Shown here: piece by piece, positions 33,206 through 61,213 of the stretch | Layout of the letters: each line of letters starts with the position of its first letter | Numbering within the stretch: the stretch's first letter is position 1 | NCBI GenBank assembly: GCA_020137815.1 | Contig: CM035351.1 | Location: forward strand, 310,001-374,000 | Length of the DNA stretch: 64,000 nucleotides | Reading direction: 5' to 3' | DNA from: Hormiphora californensis | Lineage: Eukaryota > Animalia > Ctenophora | Notes under the pieces: generated by a model | What the model was told of the DNA's origin: nothing | Seen by the model: the letters and a program-made list of their open reading frames with translations, nothing else | The model's database searches: none | Position numbers and translations under genes: made by a program

Positions 33206-34301
33206 CTCTCTCCTTCACTGATTTGCCCGGTGATATAAACTTGCTCAAGCCATGCAGCACCGCACACACAGAAAATCGCTCTCTCTTCCATTCATACAAA
33301 AGCACACTCACGATATATATAATTATATATAACACACATACTCTTAGGAATAAATTAGTATACGGGGTGCGGTAAATAATAAGGTGTGTATTATTACAGT
33401 AGCGGCTGGGGTATAATATAAGATAAGTAAACTTTTCCGGATCAATCGATCAAGGGGGAAACGGGGGAAAGATGTGCAGTTCTAAAAGTGAGAGAGAACA
33501 GGAACTGAAATTTGGTTAATCCTTGATGGATAAAACGTTAGTGAAAACAAAACATGTTCCTGAATATATGTTCAAATGATAAACATGTCCCGTTTTTACT
33601 AAATCTTTCTTTTTTCATCAAGGAGTGTACACTTTCAAGAAAATCCTGTTCGTTCTCACTTTAATCTTAAATAATTCACCTACTGCTTCAGATTGAACGT
33701 TAGTATGGAAGTTCAGCCAAAACCTTCGACATTCATTCCAGAAAGATTTTCTTACAGTGCCAATGTTGTATCAAGCCCCCAAGTGGGGCCCCATTTTGCT
33801 GCCAATTAATATTGTATCAGCCCCACTTTGCTGAGCAAGAGGGGTAACTCACAGTTGTCTGACACAATTCACACAGAAAACCAAAAACAGCACGTATCAC
33901 AATAATATATTCAAAACTATCCCTATATCTCTAGAAGTATTCTCCTGAATTTTACGTAGAATCAGGATTACATAATCCCAGAGGAGCGTATCTACACAAT
34001 ATTATAATTATCTTTCTCTCTCTCTCCTGTGTCGCGTCTCGTCCCGGAAAAAAAGGGGATCACTCAAAAAATATTGTCTGAGATTGCCCCAATCCGCATC
34101 ATCATCCCTTATTCAAAGAATTCTAACGTTTTCAAATAACAAAACAAACAAATCTTCAACACATCACTGACATTTTCAAGATAAAAATTGGAACCGGCCG
34201 TTTTTCTGAATAAAACCATATCAAATATACCATTACTATCATTTGGAATTGTTTTTGGGGCTGATCCCATGCGACTTTGTGAGGACTTCCCTCCTCAGTA
34301 C

Positions 34302-49044
<14,743 letters not shown>

Positions 49045-50019
49045 TGCACATGCAACTATGAAGATCAAAGAAGAGTTTTATGTATGCGATTATATATGAA
49101 AAGAGGCTGGTACGAAAACCAACTGACACACGAACACAACGCACAACGCAAAATTTGCAGAGTGCTGTAGCCTAAGATAACCCGTCCCTTCCTTTCTCTT
49201 CTCTTCTCTATCTCTCCAGAACACCTTTATTATCTTCACATTGCTAGGCCTCTCTCTCTTTCTCTCTCTCCCTCTCTCTCTTCACACCTTCTCTCTCTCG
49301 GCCAATTTCACAAACAGTTTAGCTGGCGGTTCTAAATACGGACGTGCAACTTAAGAAGTCTCGATGAAGTTTGATTTGCAGGCTAGAAAGGTAACGATTT
49401 GGCGACATGTAACCTCGGCCTGCCATAAGCCGAGTCGGCATGCTTTGTTCTTCTAGAGAGGAATTTCATGATAGATTTATAATATTTATGTTTCTGCCAG
49501 CTAGCTCACGGAAAGTTAGCTTGCAGCAAAAGAAAGCTTGATGTAGCTTACCCCATTCAACACGGTTCAGAACGACGGCTCTACAAATGGACTGCATGAT
49601 AGTGAACGAATTGCGTTCACTGCTTATTGAAGTAGCATTTTCAGATTACTATAAGAGTAAACTATTCCTAGAGCACGTAAAGTAAGTAAATGGTGCTAGG
49701 AAGAGCCTTCCCTGGTAAGATTGCATACTATAGGTACTCTTAACTTCGACAGGTGGGAGACCTCGGCGTAAGAACAAAATTGTGACTTTCTTTACATTTC
49801 ATTTGATGACTGATCAACTGATACAGTAAACTGTTACTGGTTTACTGTCATCATTATTAATTCCTACCAACAAAGCAAAAAAGCATAAATTGTAAGGAAA
49901 ATGCTCAAGACTTTCAGGGGTCCGTCGTGGCGGACCAAGAAGCCAACAAAATGTGGTTCATATAACCTTCGATTTAGTAAACAAGCCATCAAAGTGACAA
50001 CCTTCACTAGTTTCTTCTA

Positions 50020-50260
50020 CCAGACATGACGTCACTCTGGCTGCCAGGCTCTAGCACGGAAGTCGGAAGATGAACTCCAGTCAAACTTTTTCTTTAAGGT
50101 TTTGCGCAAAGTTTGTAAAATTTGAAGCTCGAATTTTTATTTATTTCGAATAATCGTCTCTTGCGCGGCGCCGCGCTTTCCATTTTGCAGCGAATTGATT
50201 TTAACTCGCGGCGAACGTTTATTTTAACCGTGCGCGTCGTGAACAATTCACGCGCGATGA
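50020..50260. promoter_or_regulatory. Putative bidirectional promoter between the NR-like gene (-) and the coiled-coil gene (+)
   Basis: CpG-rich patch with a CRE palindrome TGACGTCA (50027-50034) and tandem CGGAAG sites (50057-50069) between divergent ATGs. Confidence 0.3.
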
Positions 50261-50486
50261 AGATCATGCTTGGAAAATAACTTTGCGGACGAATCAAAAC
50301 AATCTGCACATAGCAACCACAAACATTTCGTTCCTTCTACAGTTCATTTGCGCTTACTTTTAGTTAGACTTAGGATGGGCAGATTGGGTAGTGTGTGGCT
50401 GTCTATTTATATGATGATGACACTACATAATTTAGCCGTGTCAGTGATTACAGAATCAATATTATTTTGTAGGTTAAAGCTAAACA

Positions 50487-53400
50487 ATGGCCGATTTTCC
50501 CGAGTGGTTAAATGAAGACTTTGATTTCGAAGCACAGCTTCTTGATCCTGATTTCTACGACAGTGAAGATGATGCCGTTTTTGAGGAGTATTTAGAAAGC
50601 GGCCAACGAGGACTGAGTACTCAATCTGAAATTCACCTGGCCGAAGCCTTGAGAGAGGATGAAAATGTAGTTGCCGAATGCGAGAAAACTGGGATGTGGG
50701 TTAACTTCGTCAAGTTTGTCAATCAGTCAAAACGAGAAATGCATGGTAAAGGTTATGAGACACCACAAGAATGCTATATCGCATACAAATACTACTTGGA
50801 ATGGGCCTCTAGGAAGACAGGTAAGATGTTTGATTCAACTGGGTTCAGAAATTGAATCTTAGTTTACCACTATTTCTCTTATGGGCAAACGATAAACTCG
50901 CCATATTCTCAGGTCGACCTTGGAAGCTACCCCACATTAAGACGATGGCACATCCTGCTATTGAGAGGATGCGATACCCGGCCCCGGATGAGGCAATCAC
51001 TGATGAGTTCCGAACATATGCTTTCTATGCTCTCCAGGAGGAGGATTCAATTGAAGGATTGGATGTGATTCTTAGTAACGAGCAGATGTTTAACGAAATG
51101 TTGGAATACTGCTAAAACGTACAAACTCTGGGCCCTAGATTGGCCCTCGATTATCGACACGTATATGGAGATGTTCACAACCCGACATGTCCTTCCTGAG
51201 GGCAAGAAGCCATGTGAGTTGAATGGGATGATAAGAATATAGTTTCAGCGCTGATTGCTGACTGACCCTCTCCCCATTTTTCAGATCAACCTGGTCACGT
51301 TGTGCCACTAAAGGAACGAGTTGGACGATCCCGCAGCTACCAGGAATTGGCCTACAAGGCGGCAAAGGACCAAAAGGAAATCTCCAGACTGAAGTGGCTC
51401 GAGGATAACCGAGAGAAGGCTCTCCAGTATCTAAGGGCACGACGACATCACGAGCATGACCGGCGGCAGAATCCTGGTCTACCGGAATTCGGTCTTGCTC
51501 CCCCAGCAGGGATGGAACGAATTGCTCGGTCACAAATGGAATGTGAGTAATGTAAATGAATTCATCATTCAAATTAATTCCAAATCTGCTACTTTTTCCT
51601 AACCCCTTTCCCTCCCACAGTTGACTACACAAAGGAAGACATGTACGCCAACCAGGTCGAGGAAACCATGCTCTTCGAATTGGACGGTGACTCCGATGTG
51701 GACTACCTAGAGATGCTGGGAGAAGGCCGGGAAACTGGCTGGAACCAGAATGCCGGAATCCTCCCGAAAATGGCCGGTCTGTACACCGAGAGTCTTATGG
51801 ACACGGATGTGTTGCAGTATGAGAAACGGAGGAGGGAGCGACTTGCCAAGGGTCTCACTCCCCTACCCAGGAAAAATCACAAAGTACCTGATCAAGTTCT
51901 GGTGACGGAGCCATTTGGTCGGGTGGCACAGGGCGGCTATCTGACACGACCCAAGAACCAACAAGGTCCTCTTGGTCCTGGAGAGGTTGGAGCAACCACT
52001 AGCGATGATAAACTGGCCCAAATCAGCACCCTTTCCCTGGCAGAGATCGTCTGCAAAACTGAGCATAGCACGGAGGTCGAGAGGAGGAGGCTTATTCTCG
52101 AGATGGATCAGTGTGTAAGGTACAACAAGAAGCTCATTGCAGTGTTCACAGACATTATCGACCACATTGGACCCTACGCAGTGGCCCCTCCCTCTGAGTG
52201 GGATTTCAGCGGTGCCCAACAGTACCTCCAATCGAACAAGGTCGAGTTTGAAAAGTGGGAACGTATTGCTGTAGCCAAGGCATCCCAAACAGAGCGAAAG
52301 GACCTGTTTACATACTATACTGCGGTGAAGCAGCATATCAATAGTACCGCTCGTAACATCGCACACGATGCAAGCTATGTGATTAAACAGCTGACAAGCT
52401 TTGTGGAAACTGTAAAAAGTTCCGATCCATCCCTTGTGAAGGTTTGGTTTGATGATGCCGTGGGTCCCTCTGTCAAGCAATACCTAAAAGATATGGATGC
52501 TAAGGAACAACAAATTGACAACCTGATTGCAGCAATTGAAAAAGTAAAATGCTACAAAACACTGATGAATTATAAGGACACAGAGACACAGACTCTATTC
52601 GATGATGACATCTACCACCATTTGGAGAAATTGCAAAGGGAAGTTGAGGCCATCAGGGAGAATATCTCACAGAAGGAGAGACGAGTGGAAGTAACTCTAA
52701 AAACGAGCGAGTTTGTGAGAGGACAGGCTGCAGATTTAGAAAAGAGCTCCGAATCACATTCCAGCCAGTCCCAATCGTTGGATGTCTACACACATGGCTT
52801 GAAGCAGAACATAGACGCAGAGAAGGGCAACGCGGAACGGATTAGAACTCAAATCGCTACGCTTACAGCGGAGGTATGTGGTCGAATAATGAGCATAATT
52901 GTATGCGGCATGATGTAATTCATCTCACAAATAGCTATCTTTATTATAACTACATGTATAGTTCCACTTGCATCAAATCTAATATAAATCACAGACCTCT
53001 CTAACTCACTAAAACTCTAATATAACGTCTACCATTTCCTTAGAGTGAGAAAAACACGTCTGATTTAGCGGCACAAGGATTGGATTGTAACGAACCTAGG
53101 CCTGAAGATCTGGAGCTAATTAAGGAGACCAAAGAGATGCTGGAAGCGACAAATGCCAAACTTTTGTCTGATGTTACCCACGTTGATCAGGAGCTTTCAC
53201 TTTACCAAGGTTGGTTAGGTGTTACACGATTACACAAGGGAACCCATGGGGGTGGTCAGTAGGAAAGTTGCTTTCTATCACGTTACAAATTAGTCCAATT
53301 AGTCCAGTAGACGTTACCACACCATTTCAGATCTTGTTGCTAAGAAAACAGCGGAGATAGAGCGAAAGAAGAAAGCAGCTGTAGAGACAGACGATCTGAT

Positions 53401-56400
53401 AAAGGTGTACGAGAAGCAGAAAGCAGCCAAGGGTGTGTTCATCACTAAGATCTCTCACGAGAACAGCGAGGCTCAGGAGAAGTTAGCAGTGAGCCTTGCT
53501 GACAAGATCAGGGCGAAGACGGGAGCTGTTCTAAAGGAAGCCAAGGAACAATACGAGAGTGACGAATGTAATGCCTTGAGGGGCAAGGCAGGACACGCTG
53601 AAGAGATGGCTAAATCATATGCTGATCACTTTGAGAGATACGAGGATAAGATTAAGGAGCTCGCCAGCACAATCGAGCACTATCAGGAGGCAAAGGAGCG
53701 ACGAACACAACTCGAGGGTGTGGTCAAGGGGGCATCTGGGGAAACAGAGAATTGGAAGAGTATGGCCGCTACACAGAGGAAGAAACACGCTGAACTGTCC
53801 AAGAAATACGGACATACCCACAAAGACCTGAAGGTTGCGACTGCATGGAAGGATGAGCTTGCCAAGGTTCTTGCTGAAACAGAGAGGAAAGCACTAGAAA
53901 ATGAGAAGTTTAAAATCCACGCTCAGACTACAATGGATGCTGCCCGTAAGTTGCCCTTTCTTTTTATTTCAATACTTATTCATATTCTGTCTGAGACAGC
54001 ATTATGAGCAGTATGAACTCTTTTACCCTGCTTTATTGTAATGCAGCAGGCGCCGTACGTTTTCTTCTCACTCTCCCTCTCGCTCTGTAATAATACAGTG
54101 CATAATTTCTGTGAGATTTCACGCTTATATGCTAACGTGCGGCATTTCTCTTTTCCACTTGACTTACTTGACTTAGGGCGGATTCCACGTGTGGTATTTC
54201 CGAACTCCATGAATAACACTTCTCCACCCGTCACGATCAGACATAACAGTAGCTATCTCGGAGGTCTCCCTGAGTCCCGTGTCCCGCCTGAGTACATCCA
54301 CAAAGGTCTGCTTTGGTCGCCCTCGCCTGGAATTTCCATGGAGAGGCTCCCAGAGTATGACCTTGTTGAGCGTAAGTTCAGGATGACGCACAGCGTGACC
54401 GGCTAGTCGGAGTCTCCTTTCCGCTATTTTGGTGCTAAGGATAGGTAGATTTCCGATACCGTACAGCGTGGCATTGCTCATTTGAAGGAGGTACTGGTTT
54501 TTATTTAGTGCCATCCGTAGCATCCTCGTGTAGGTACCGTTAAGACTCCTTTCCATGTCTTTGGTGAGCGTCCAGCTTTCGCACCCGTACAAAAGGACTG
54601 TTTCAACCGTTGCTACAAAGAGTCTGGCCTTGATCTTGTCGTTCAGCTTTGAATTCCAAATAGTCCTAAGCCCGTGACACGCATTCCATGCCTTAGCCTT
54701 CCTAACCTTAATGTCCCTTTTAGAGTCCCTTACCCATGATCCAAGATATTTAAAGTCCTCGCTCAACTTTATCCTAGTGCCATCGATGCTGTGGAGAGGA
54801 CCGGGGTCTGGTATACCCTCAACCATGAACTCTGTCTTCGCCCGGTTTATCTCGAGACCCACCTCCTTACAGACACTCTCTACCTCCCGCATGATAACGC
54901 CAAGATCTTCCACTGAGTCAGCTAGGAGAGCCACATCATCAGCAAAGTCTGTGTCAGTAACCCTCTCCGCTCGTACTCTTCTACTCCGGGCTGGCTTCAG
55001 TGTGAATCCTATATCAGGGTGCCTCTCCAGTGCTGTTCGCATACAATAATCAAGCACGATTATAAATAGGTAGGGCGCTAGAGTATCTCCTTGCAACACC
55101 CCGGCAACTATTTCAAATATATCCGTGAGGCCGTCTGGAGTGAGGACCTGAGCTCTTGTATTACTGTACATCCACTGGATGAGGTCAACGATCTTCCCTG
55201 GGATGCCATAAGCCCTGAGTACTTTGATCATGCGCTTCCGGTTAATGGAGTCGAAGGCTTTAACAAAATCCAAAAAGGCTACTGCCAGTGGTAGTTGTTT
55301 GGCAGTAGCTCCTTCGATGAGTCTCCTAATGGTGAGGATGTGGCTCACCGTGGACCGCTCCTCCCTAAAACCGTTCTGTGAATCGAGTAAAACAGTCTCG
55401 ATGTAAGGCCGTATCCGGTGAAGAAGCATACGGTTCATGGTTTTGGCAACTATAGAAGTAAGTGAGATGCCCCTATAGTTTCCGCGTTGAGAGAGGTCGC
55501 CCTTTTTCGGGACAGGGACAATATTACTCAGAGTCCACTGTTCCGGAATTCCCTTTCCGCTCAAGGCATCGTTGCAAAAGGTAAGCACGAGGTCATCAAT
55601 GTCACATCGCTTCAAGATCTCGGGTGCGATGGCATCATTTCCATAGGCCTTATCCTCCTTTATCCGATCCTTCGCCTTCTTGAATTCCTCTTCAGTAAAG
55701 GGGCCATCGTAGATATCTGCTCGGGGAAACACTTCCGGGATGTCTTGATCTACTTCATCCGGTGGTTCTGTCCCGAGGAGCGACTGGAAGTGGCTGAACC
55801 ATTTGGCTTTCCGATCGTCTGGGGACGCTCCTTCAATTTGGATGGGGTGTTTGTCCTTCCTCCGAGTGGCTCTCTCTACACTCTTGATTTTCCTATCGAG
55901 ATGCTCTTCCTCGACGGCCAGGTACGCTTCCGTGAGTGCCTCTTTTCCTTCATTTACAGTGGAACGTGTTTCTTCTGAAGGTGAGGTGTGGTACCTAGCA
56001 CTGGCAGACTCAAGATCCTCTCTTGCCCTCTTCACCCGGAAGTCCTCAGCCACAATATCCTTAAGCCTTTTCCTCTTCTTTCCTAGTAGTTTCTTGCTAG
56101 TTTCTTCAACCGCCTGTATCAGGTCTCCATACTTTTCAGAGGCATCTGCACAGTCAGCAGAAGAAAGGGCAGCAAATCGATTCCTCACTTCTACCGAGAA
56201 TCTCTCCTGTAGATCAGGGTCCTTCTTCAGAGCACTATAATCCAGATTGGGGCGACCCGGGGCTAGTTTCCTCTTCCTGAGAGTGACCTTAACCCTGGCC
56301 ACCAGAAGTCGATGGTCCGACCCGATCGAGCTTAGTGCCCCGGACGTGTCCACATCCTTAATACTGTTTCTCCATTTCCGACGAACGAGAATGTAATCCA

Positions 56401-57595
56401 GTGTAGCCTTCCGTCCAGTACCGTCCGATAGAAAAGTCCAGAGTCTTCCCTTGTTCTTCCGGAACCTAACGTTGGCTATTTCCAATCTGGTCTCCTCAGC
56501 TGTCTCCTGGAGCAGCTCTCCATTTCTACTGGTATGTTGATGTAAATACCACCCGAAGCCAGAGTCCTCCCAGCCAATTCTGGCGTTAAAATCTCCGGCA
56601 ACGACAAGGAGGTTATGAGCTGGAACAGTATTGATGTAGTCCCTGAGATCGTGGTGAAATTTTTCAACTTCTTCTACATTCGCACACTCAGTGGGCGAGT
56701 AAACCGAGATGACTGTCAGTTTCGGATTACCGGCCAAGGTAATGGCTAGAATTCTAGGGGACACGGCTCGTATCTCGCAAATGAGCTTCGAGTACTCAAT
56801 TCTCATCAGAACTCCAACCCCTCCAACCGATGCTCCTGCGCCATTGCGCCAGGCTGTAGATGTGATAAGAGTTTCTCCTGGCCCAGCCTGAATTTGTCTG
56901 ACTGTGTCTGCGTGGACAATGCGGTGTTCCTGCAAAGTTATAATGCCCAAGCCATGGTCAGCAAATTGGTAAACCAGCTCTGTTAACTTTTCCTTAACAC
57001 GGAGCGTTCGACAGTTAAATGTTCCAATGCGTGTGTTAAATCGAGTCATAGCTATTCATATTGTTTTTCTTGGTTGCAGAATCCAAGGTGGGTCACCACT
57101 TCACCTGGCTGAGTGAATGTCATATAAGATTTAAAAAAAACGGTGCAATACCGACTCTACACTAGCAGAGATTTCAAACAGCATCTGTTGACCGTAGTGA
57201 CCCCTTGGTGGCGATCACTAGCATTTTGCCACAATATATTCAATCAAGCCTTGCAGTAAGGTATATGGGAACCTTCTGTAGGGAAGTACATGATTGAGAA
57301 TGATTTGACACAGTTCTGACCCACTAAGCCTATGGAAGGCAGAGTGGTGCATATACTGTGGTTCAACACACTCTAGCCCACGATCTTTTCCAGCACCACA
57401 TAATGGCTCTTTAATCACACTTCTCTATTCACAGGTGCAGCTACTGCTGAGCCCTCGGAGGGAGACTATGCTTCCGAGCTTGATAAGTCAAAAGTTTTAA
57501 CTGTCGGTAATGAAAAGAGCCAGATGCAAATCAAAAAGACTCGCCAGGAGATGAGGAAAAAGGCGAACATGTTCCGGACCCTGCTCCGACACTAA
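50487..57595 (+). CDS. Uncharacterised protein (~950 aa) with acidic N-terminus and long C-terminal coiled coil. Exons 50487-50820, ~50913-51212, 51284-51542, 51621-52873, 53044-53209, 53331-53945, 57435-57595
   Basis: Phase-consistent GT-AG junctions ending ...FRTLLRH-TAA. The model needs one +1 frameshift near 51113. Confidence 0.7.
54158..57200 (-). mobile_element. RTE-clade non-LTR retrotransposon (LINE), antisense in the last intron of the coiled-coil gene
   Basis: Single APE+RT ORF; the stop runs directly into a short tandem tail TAAGTCAAGTAAGTCAAG. The 5' boundary is approximate and no clear TSD was seen. Confidence 0.85.
54173..57049 (-). CDS. LINE ORF2: apurinic endonuclease + reverse transcriptase (958 aa)
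   Basis: APE motifs GTFNCRTL, LQEHR, YSPT, GDFNA, LDYIL and SDH; RT motifs NYRGISL, QNGFR, DFVKAFD, GVLQGDTLAP, FADD and KYLGS. Confidence 0.95.
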   Translation of the reverse strand: MTRFNTRIGTFNCRTLRVKEKLTELVYQFADHGLGIITLQEHRIVHADTVRQIQAGPGETLITSTAWRNGAGASVGGVGVLMRIEYSKLICEIRAVSPRILAITLAGNPKLTVISVYSPTECANVEEVEKFHHDLRDYINTVPAHNLLVVAGDFNARIGWEDSGFGWYLHQHTSRNGELLQETAEETRLEIANVRFRKNKGRLWTFLSDGTGRKATLDYILVRRKWRNSIKDVDTSGALSSIGSDHRLLVARVKVTLRKRKLAPGRPNLDYSALKKDPDLQERFSVEVRNRFAALSSADCADASEKYGDLIQAVEETSKKLLGKKRKRLKDIVAEDFRVKRAREDLESASARYHTSPSEETRSTVNEGKEALTEAYLAVEEEHLDRKIKSVERATRRKDKHPIQIEGASPDDRKAKWFSHFQSLLGTEPPDEVDQDIPEVFPRADIYDGPFTEEEFKKAKDRIKEDKAYGNDAIAPEILKRCDIDDLVLTFCNDALSGKGIPEQWTLSNIVPVPKKGDLSQRGNYRGISLTSIVAKTMNRMLLHRIRPYIETVLLDSQNGFREERSTVSHILTIRRLIEGATAKQLPLAVAFLDFVKAFDSINRKRMIKVLRAYGIPGKIVDLIQWMYSNTRAQVLTPDGLTDIFEIVAGVLQGDTLAPYLFIIVLDYCMRTALERHPDIGFTLKPARSRRVRAERVTDTDFADDVALLADSVEDLGVIMREVESVCKEVGLEINRAKTEFMVEGIPDPGPLHSIDGTRIKLSEDFKYLGSWVRDSKRDIKVRKAKAWNACHGLRTIWNSKLNDKIKARLFVATVETVLLYGCESWTLTKDMERSLNGTYTRMLRMALNKNQYLLQMSNATLYGIGNLPILSTKIAERRLRLAGHAVRHPELTLNKVILWEPLHGNSRRGRPKQTFVDVLRRDTGLRETSEIATVMSDRDGWRSVIHGVRKYHTWNPP

Positions 57596-58482
57596 ACAAC
57601 TTGGATGACCCAATTAGTTTGGAGTTTAATATCACATTTGTTGAGGAAAGAATGAACCCAAAATGAACTCTGTAATTAGTTCCACCTCAATGGTATCAGT
57701 GTTGCATGCTGGTTCATGACGTGCTGATCCAGTGAAAAAGAACTCCATTGTGGACTATACCGGCAGAGTGTTTAATGCGCTACTGCGGTTTTGCGGTTTT
57801 GCTGTATTGTTAAATTGTTCATATCATATCTATCTTTTGTGTAAGTAGATCCGAGTATTAATTTCTTCTTCTTCTTCTTCTTGTAAAGAGGTCAAGGACA
57901 TTAATGCCCCTTGGTAATGCATTTTATTCCTATTGCATCTCTCCCCCGCATCTGCGATACTTTCCCCCTTTTTGTGTACTGGCAGTGGGACAAATGGAAG
58001 TTCTCTGCACACGGTAGTTCTCCCTACTTGAATAAATGAAGCTTCATTGAAATTTGAACGTTGTGTTTTGTTCCCTAAAATGGCCAAAATTTCCACCAAA
58101 TTGAGTCCTGGGTTGTGTTTGGAGGTCACTTCGGGTAACGCGCGAGAACACTTGATCAGACTTCCGTGCGCGGGAATACACCGTGGGAATTTCGTGTACT
58201 TCAACGCAGTACATTACACACTCACACCGTGCTATGTATTGCTCTGATGGCCATCTAAACGGGAGGGAGACGACTGACAAGGAGCAGCAGCTGCCCCATT
58301 AGAGCATCCATCACACCTGGCACACACATCCACACATTTTACCCATTTGCCAGTAACATTTGGATAGTACAAATCAGTCTTCCTGCCCCACACTGAGATG
58401 AGTTAAATCACAGCTCAATTATTTTGGTACAATAACCTGCATAAAGATCGATCAAACATTCTAAAAATCAGTCTATAGTCCC

Positions 58483-58923
58483 TCATTTCTTTCCCTCTGC
58501 AGCAACATGTCCCTCTGAGCTGACAAAGTTTCCCGAGCTACTCTCTGTGCTGCTTCCTAGATCAATACTACTCCCTGAATCTGACTCTGTTGTCGAGCCT
58601 ATGATAACTCCCTCACTCTCCGACCCCGAAGGAGGGGCCGGTTTAATCGCCTGCTCCCTCTTTGCTGCCCCCTTTCGTTTGGGCACCATTTTCTTCATCT
58701 TGATAGCCTTGGGACCGCTTCCCTTCATCTTGTAGCCCACTACAGGGTGGTGGCTAGGTTTCATGGGCAGGCTCCCTACCTTGCTCTTGTCAACAAAAGG
58801 GGCAAAGGAGTCTGGGACCTTAGCTCCGTTCGCCGTGAGTCCCTGGATAATTAGGGCTGTGACGGCGTCACAGGGAGCTTTATTCCGCCTGCTGGCACCA
58901 AAATCATCTAAAATTAGAGACAT
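58483..58923 (-). CDS. Hypothetical Lys-rich/Ser-rich protein
   Basis: Open frame; ATG at 58923 is preceded by a pyrimidine-rich CAG acceptor. No recognised domain. Confidence 0.35.
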   Translation of the reverse strand: MSLILDDFGASRRNKAPCDAVTALIIQGLTANGAKVPDSFAPFVDKSKVGSLPMKPSHHPVVGYKMKGSGPKAIKMKKMVPKRKGAAKREQAIKPAPPSGSESEGVIIGSTTESDSGSSIDLGSSTESSSGNFVSSEGHVAAEGKK

Positions 58924-59724
58924 GATATTAGGATTTAGGATTAGGACATCTGAAGAAAGGTCATACTCTCTTGTAAAGCAAGTGAAAGGATGACGCTGCG
59001 GACACTTACGTGCGTTCGCCGCCTGGATAATAATGACTTGACGAGTAACAGCGGCATCGCCGGGCAAAATTCATCTCAACAGCATATCAAGACAAACCCA
59101 TTAATCTTAGAAATGTAAGGAATCTAAGATAGGGTCTTATAACGTCTTAAAAGTGCCATTTGTTGTGCAAGCTCAGTGCTACACTAGTGCGTGTGACTGC
59201 AAAAATAATTCCATTTCCAGGAACTCAGACACGTACAATCATGTGGCGAAACTTCTCCCACCAACGACCACTAAACGCATTCCGCTAGTTAAATCGCAGG
59301 AAGCTTTGTTTTTTATAGGTCTAACCCATTTTGCAATCATCAATAGAGCGTACTGGCAAAAGATTTCCTTCCAGATACTCGGACATGCGTCAATAGCTGT
59401 ATATTTCTCACACGTGACACGTTAAGCTGCATCCTCGTATTGCCATTTTAAACCAGCTTCCTCTCTAACCTCAAATCAAAACAAACAGGAACAGATACAC
59501 AAGAAAATAAACCAAAAGACCATCACAAAACGAAAAAAAGAAAGAAAAGCAGAAAAAGGAGAGAGAAAGAAGAGACGAAGAGAAGATGCACGAGAGACGA
59601 GAGAGGACGAGTAGCAAGAGAAGAGAAAGGCAAATAGCGCGACGCGGAGAGAAACCTGAAGAGTAATATAGCCGCAGATAGAGTTCAGCACTCATATCCA
59701 TCTCCTTATCTTCGCTCATCTCTA

Positions 59725-59791
<67 letters not shown>

Positions 59792-60256
59792 GCTCTATTT
59801 CTCCCCCATTGTTGTGGGAAGATCCTTGCATAATAGTCTTAACAGTTAACATAAGATCCTTGTGGTATTTAACAACCCCTGCTTTGTTCTACATTTTTTG
59901 TCTTGATTTATGACGTTCTGGATCAAATCCTTTTCCGGGCAGTGATCTAGAGTGAACAATCTATCACACGATTCATCAAGATCAGTTATAAAATGGCGAA
60001 GAGATCGTATCGAGATATATTATAGCATGCTACTCATCTACGTACTTATAATGCATCTGTTCTGTAGTATATCTAGTTAGAGAGAATCATGATAGGCCAT
60101 GCAACTAGGAATTTTATATCGGTACTTGCTACTGTGTGTCATCGAATTTTATGCATCGTGATTTTATAACGAATTGTTATAGTTAAATTTGTCTGTGAAT
60201 TTGTTCGATTACTGGTACGAGTGTGTAGGAGGAGGCCCGATAACGATCAAACAGGC

Positions 60257-61213
60257 ATGTTGAATCAGGTGAGACAAGAGTTTTCGAACTCAACCATACA
60301 AACCTAATTAGTTTGACTCGGCCTAAACTTAGAAGTCGTATTATTTACAACTCTTTTCAAATCCAGGACTTTCTGAACATGAGAGCTATCAAAGCCCGGA
60401 GTGTAAGGTTGGAGGATTGTGCAAAGAAACAGAACGAGTATCAGGAACGAAAACTCTCCAAATACATCCTTGGGATTGAGCGGGTAATGTCATTTTGGCA
60501 GCATGTTATCATACATCCTTCTTGTCAACAATTTCCATTCCTGTAATAGACACGAATTCAGAATACTAAATCACGCTTTGAACCAATTTCAGGAGTTTAG
60601 TGGAAACATGATGAACTTTCGGTGTCAGGAGCGGACTTTAAAGAACCGAAAGGACCGTCTTCAGAAATCGATTAAGAAGTTAAAACATCACGCGGTGTAT
60701 GATCCTCGGACCAAGACATTCCACCTCCCATCAATCAGGCCCCACGCTCAGGTAGAATCAGTAGACTGTGCAAAATGTTAAAATTAGTTTCCTAGGCAAC
60801 TCAAGGTTCTAGAGCAAGATATTTAGACCTATTTCTCTTCTTTATAGGTGTTGTATGGAGAGGTAGTGCAAGATATAGAACCAGTACGGCCAAAAGAAGG
60901 AGCCAAGTGGAAATCAGATACAGTTTTCTTGACACTGCCAGGCTCTATCAACGGGTAAGAATCTCTGAGGAAGTACTATTTCTTAAAAAAATCCCAATAG
61001 CGTCACTGAATATTTTAGAACGCTGCTCTCCTGTCAGGGATCCTGAGGAAGAGATAGACACAGAAAAGCTCGAGAAACTGAGTAAGTCAGCCGATAAATT
61101 CAATGAAACATATTTTGAACCCTTTGAACCCCCATACCATGTTCATGCCAATATTTTCAGCCCTGAAAGATGAGCCCTTGAAACTTCCCCCAATCGTGGA
61201 ACCAGAGCGCTAG
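60257..61213 (+). CDS. Hypothetical multi-exon coiled-coil protein; exact frame unresolved
   Basis: Series of short exon-like ORFs with GT-AG boundaries (ATG 60257; ~60368-60483, 60550-60751, 60848-60954, 61019-). The model needs at least one frameshift near 60577. Confidence 0.4.

Noticed and set aside
54041-56891. Plus-strand ORFs overlapping the LINE, and similar antisense ORFs over TMCO4, POR and the transglutaminase
   Set aside because: Antisense shadows of real coding sequence.
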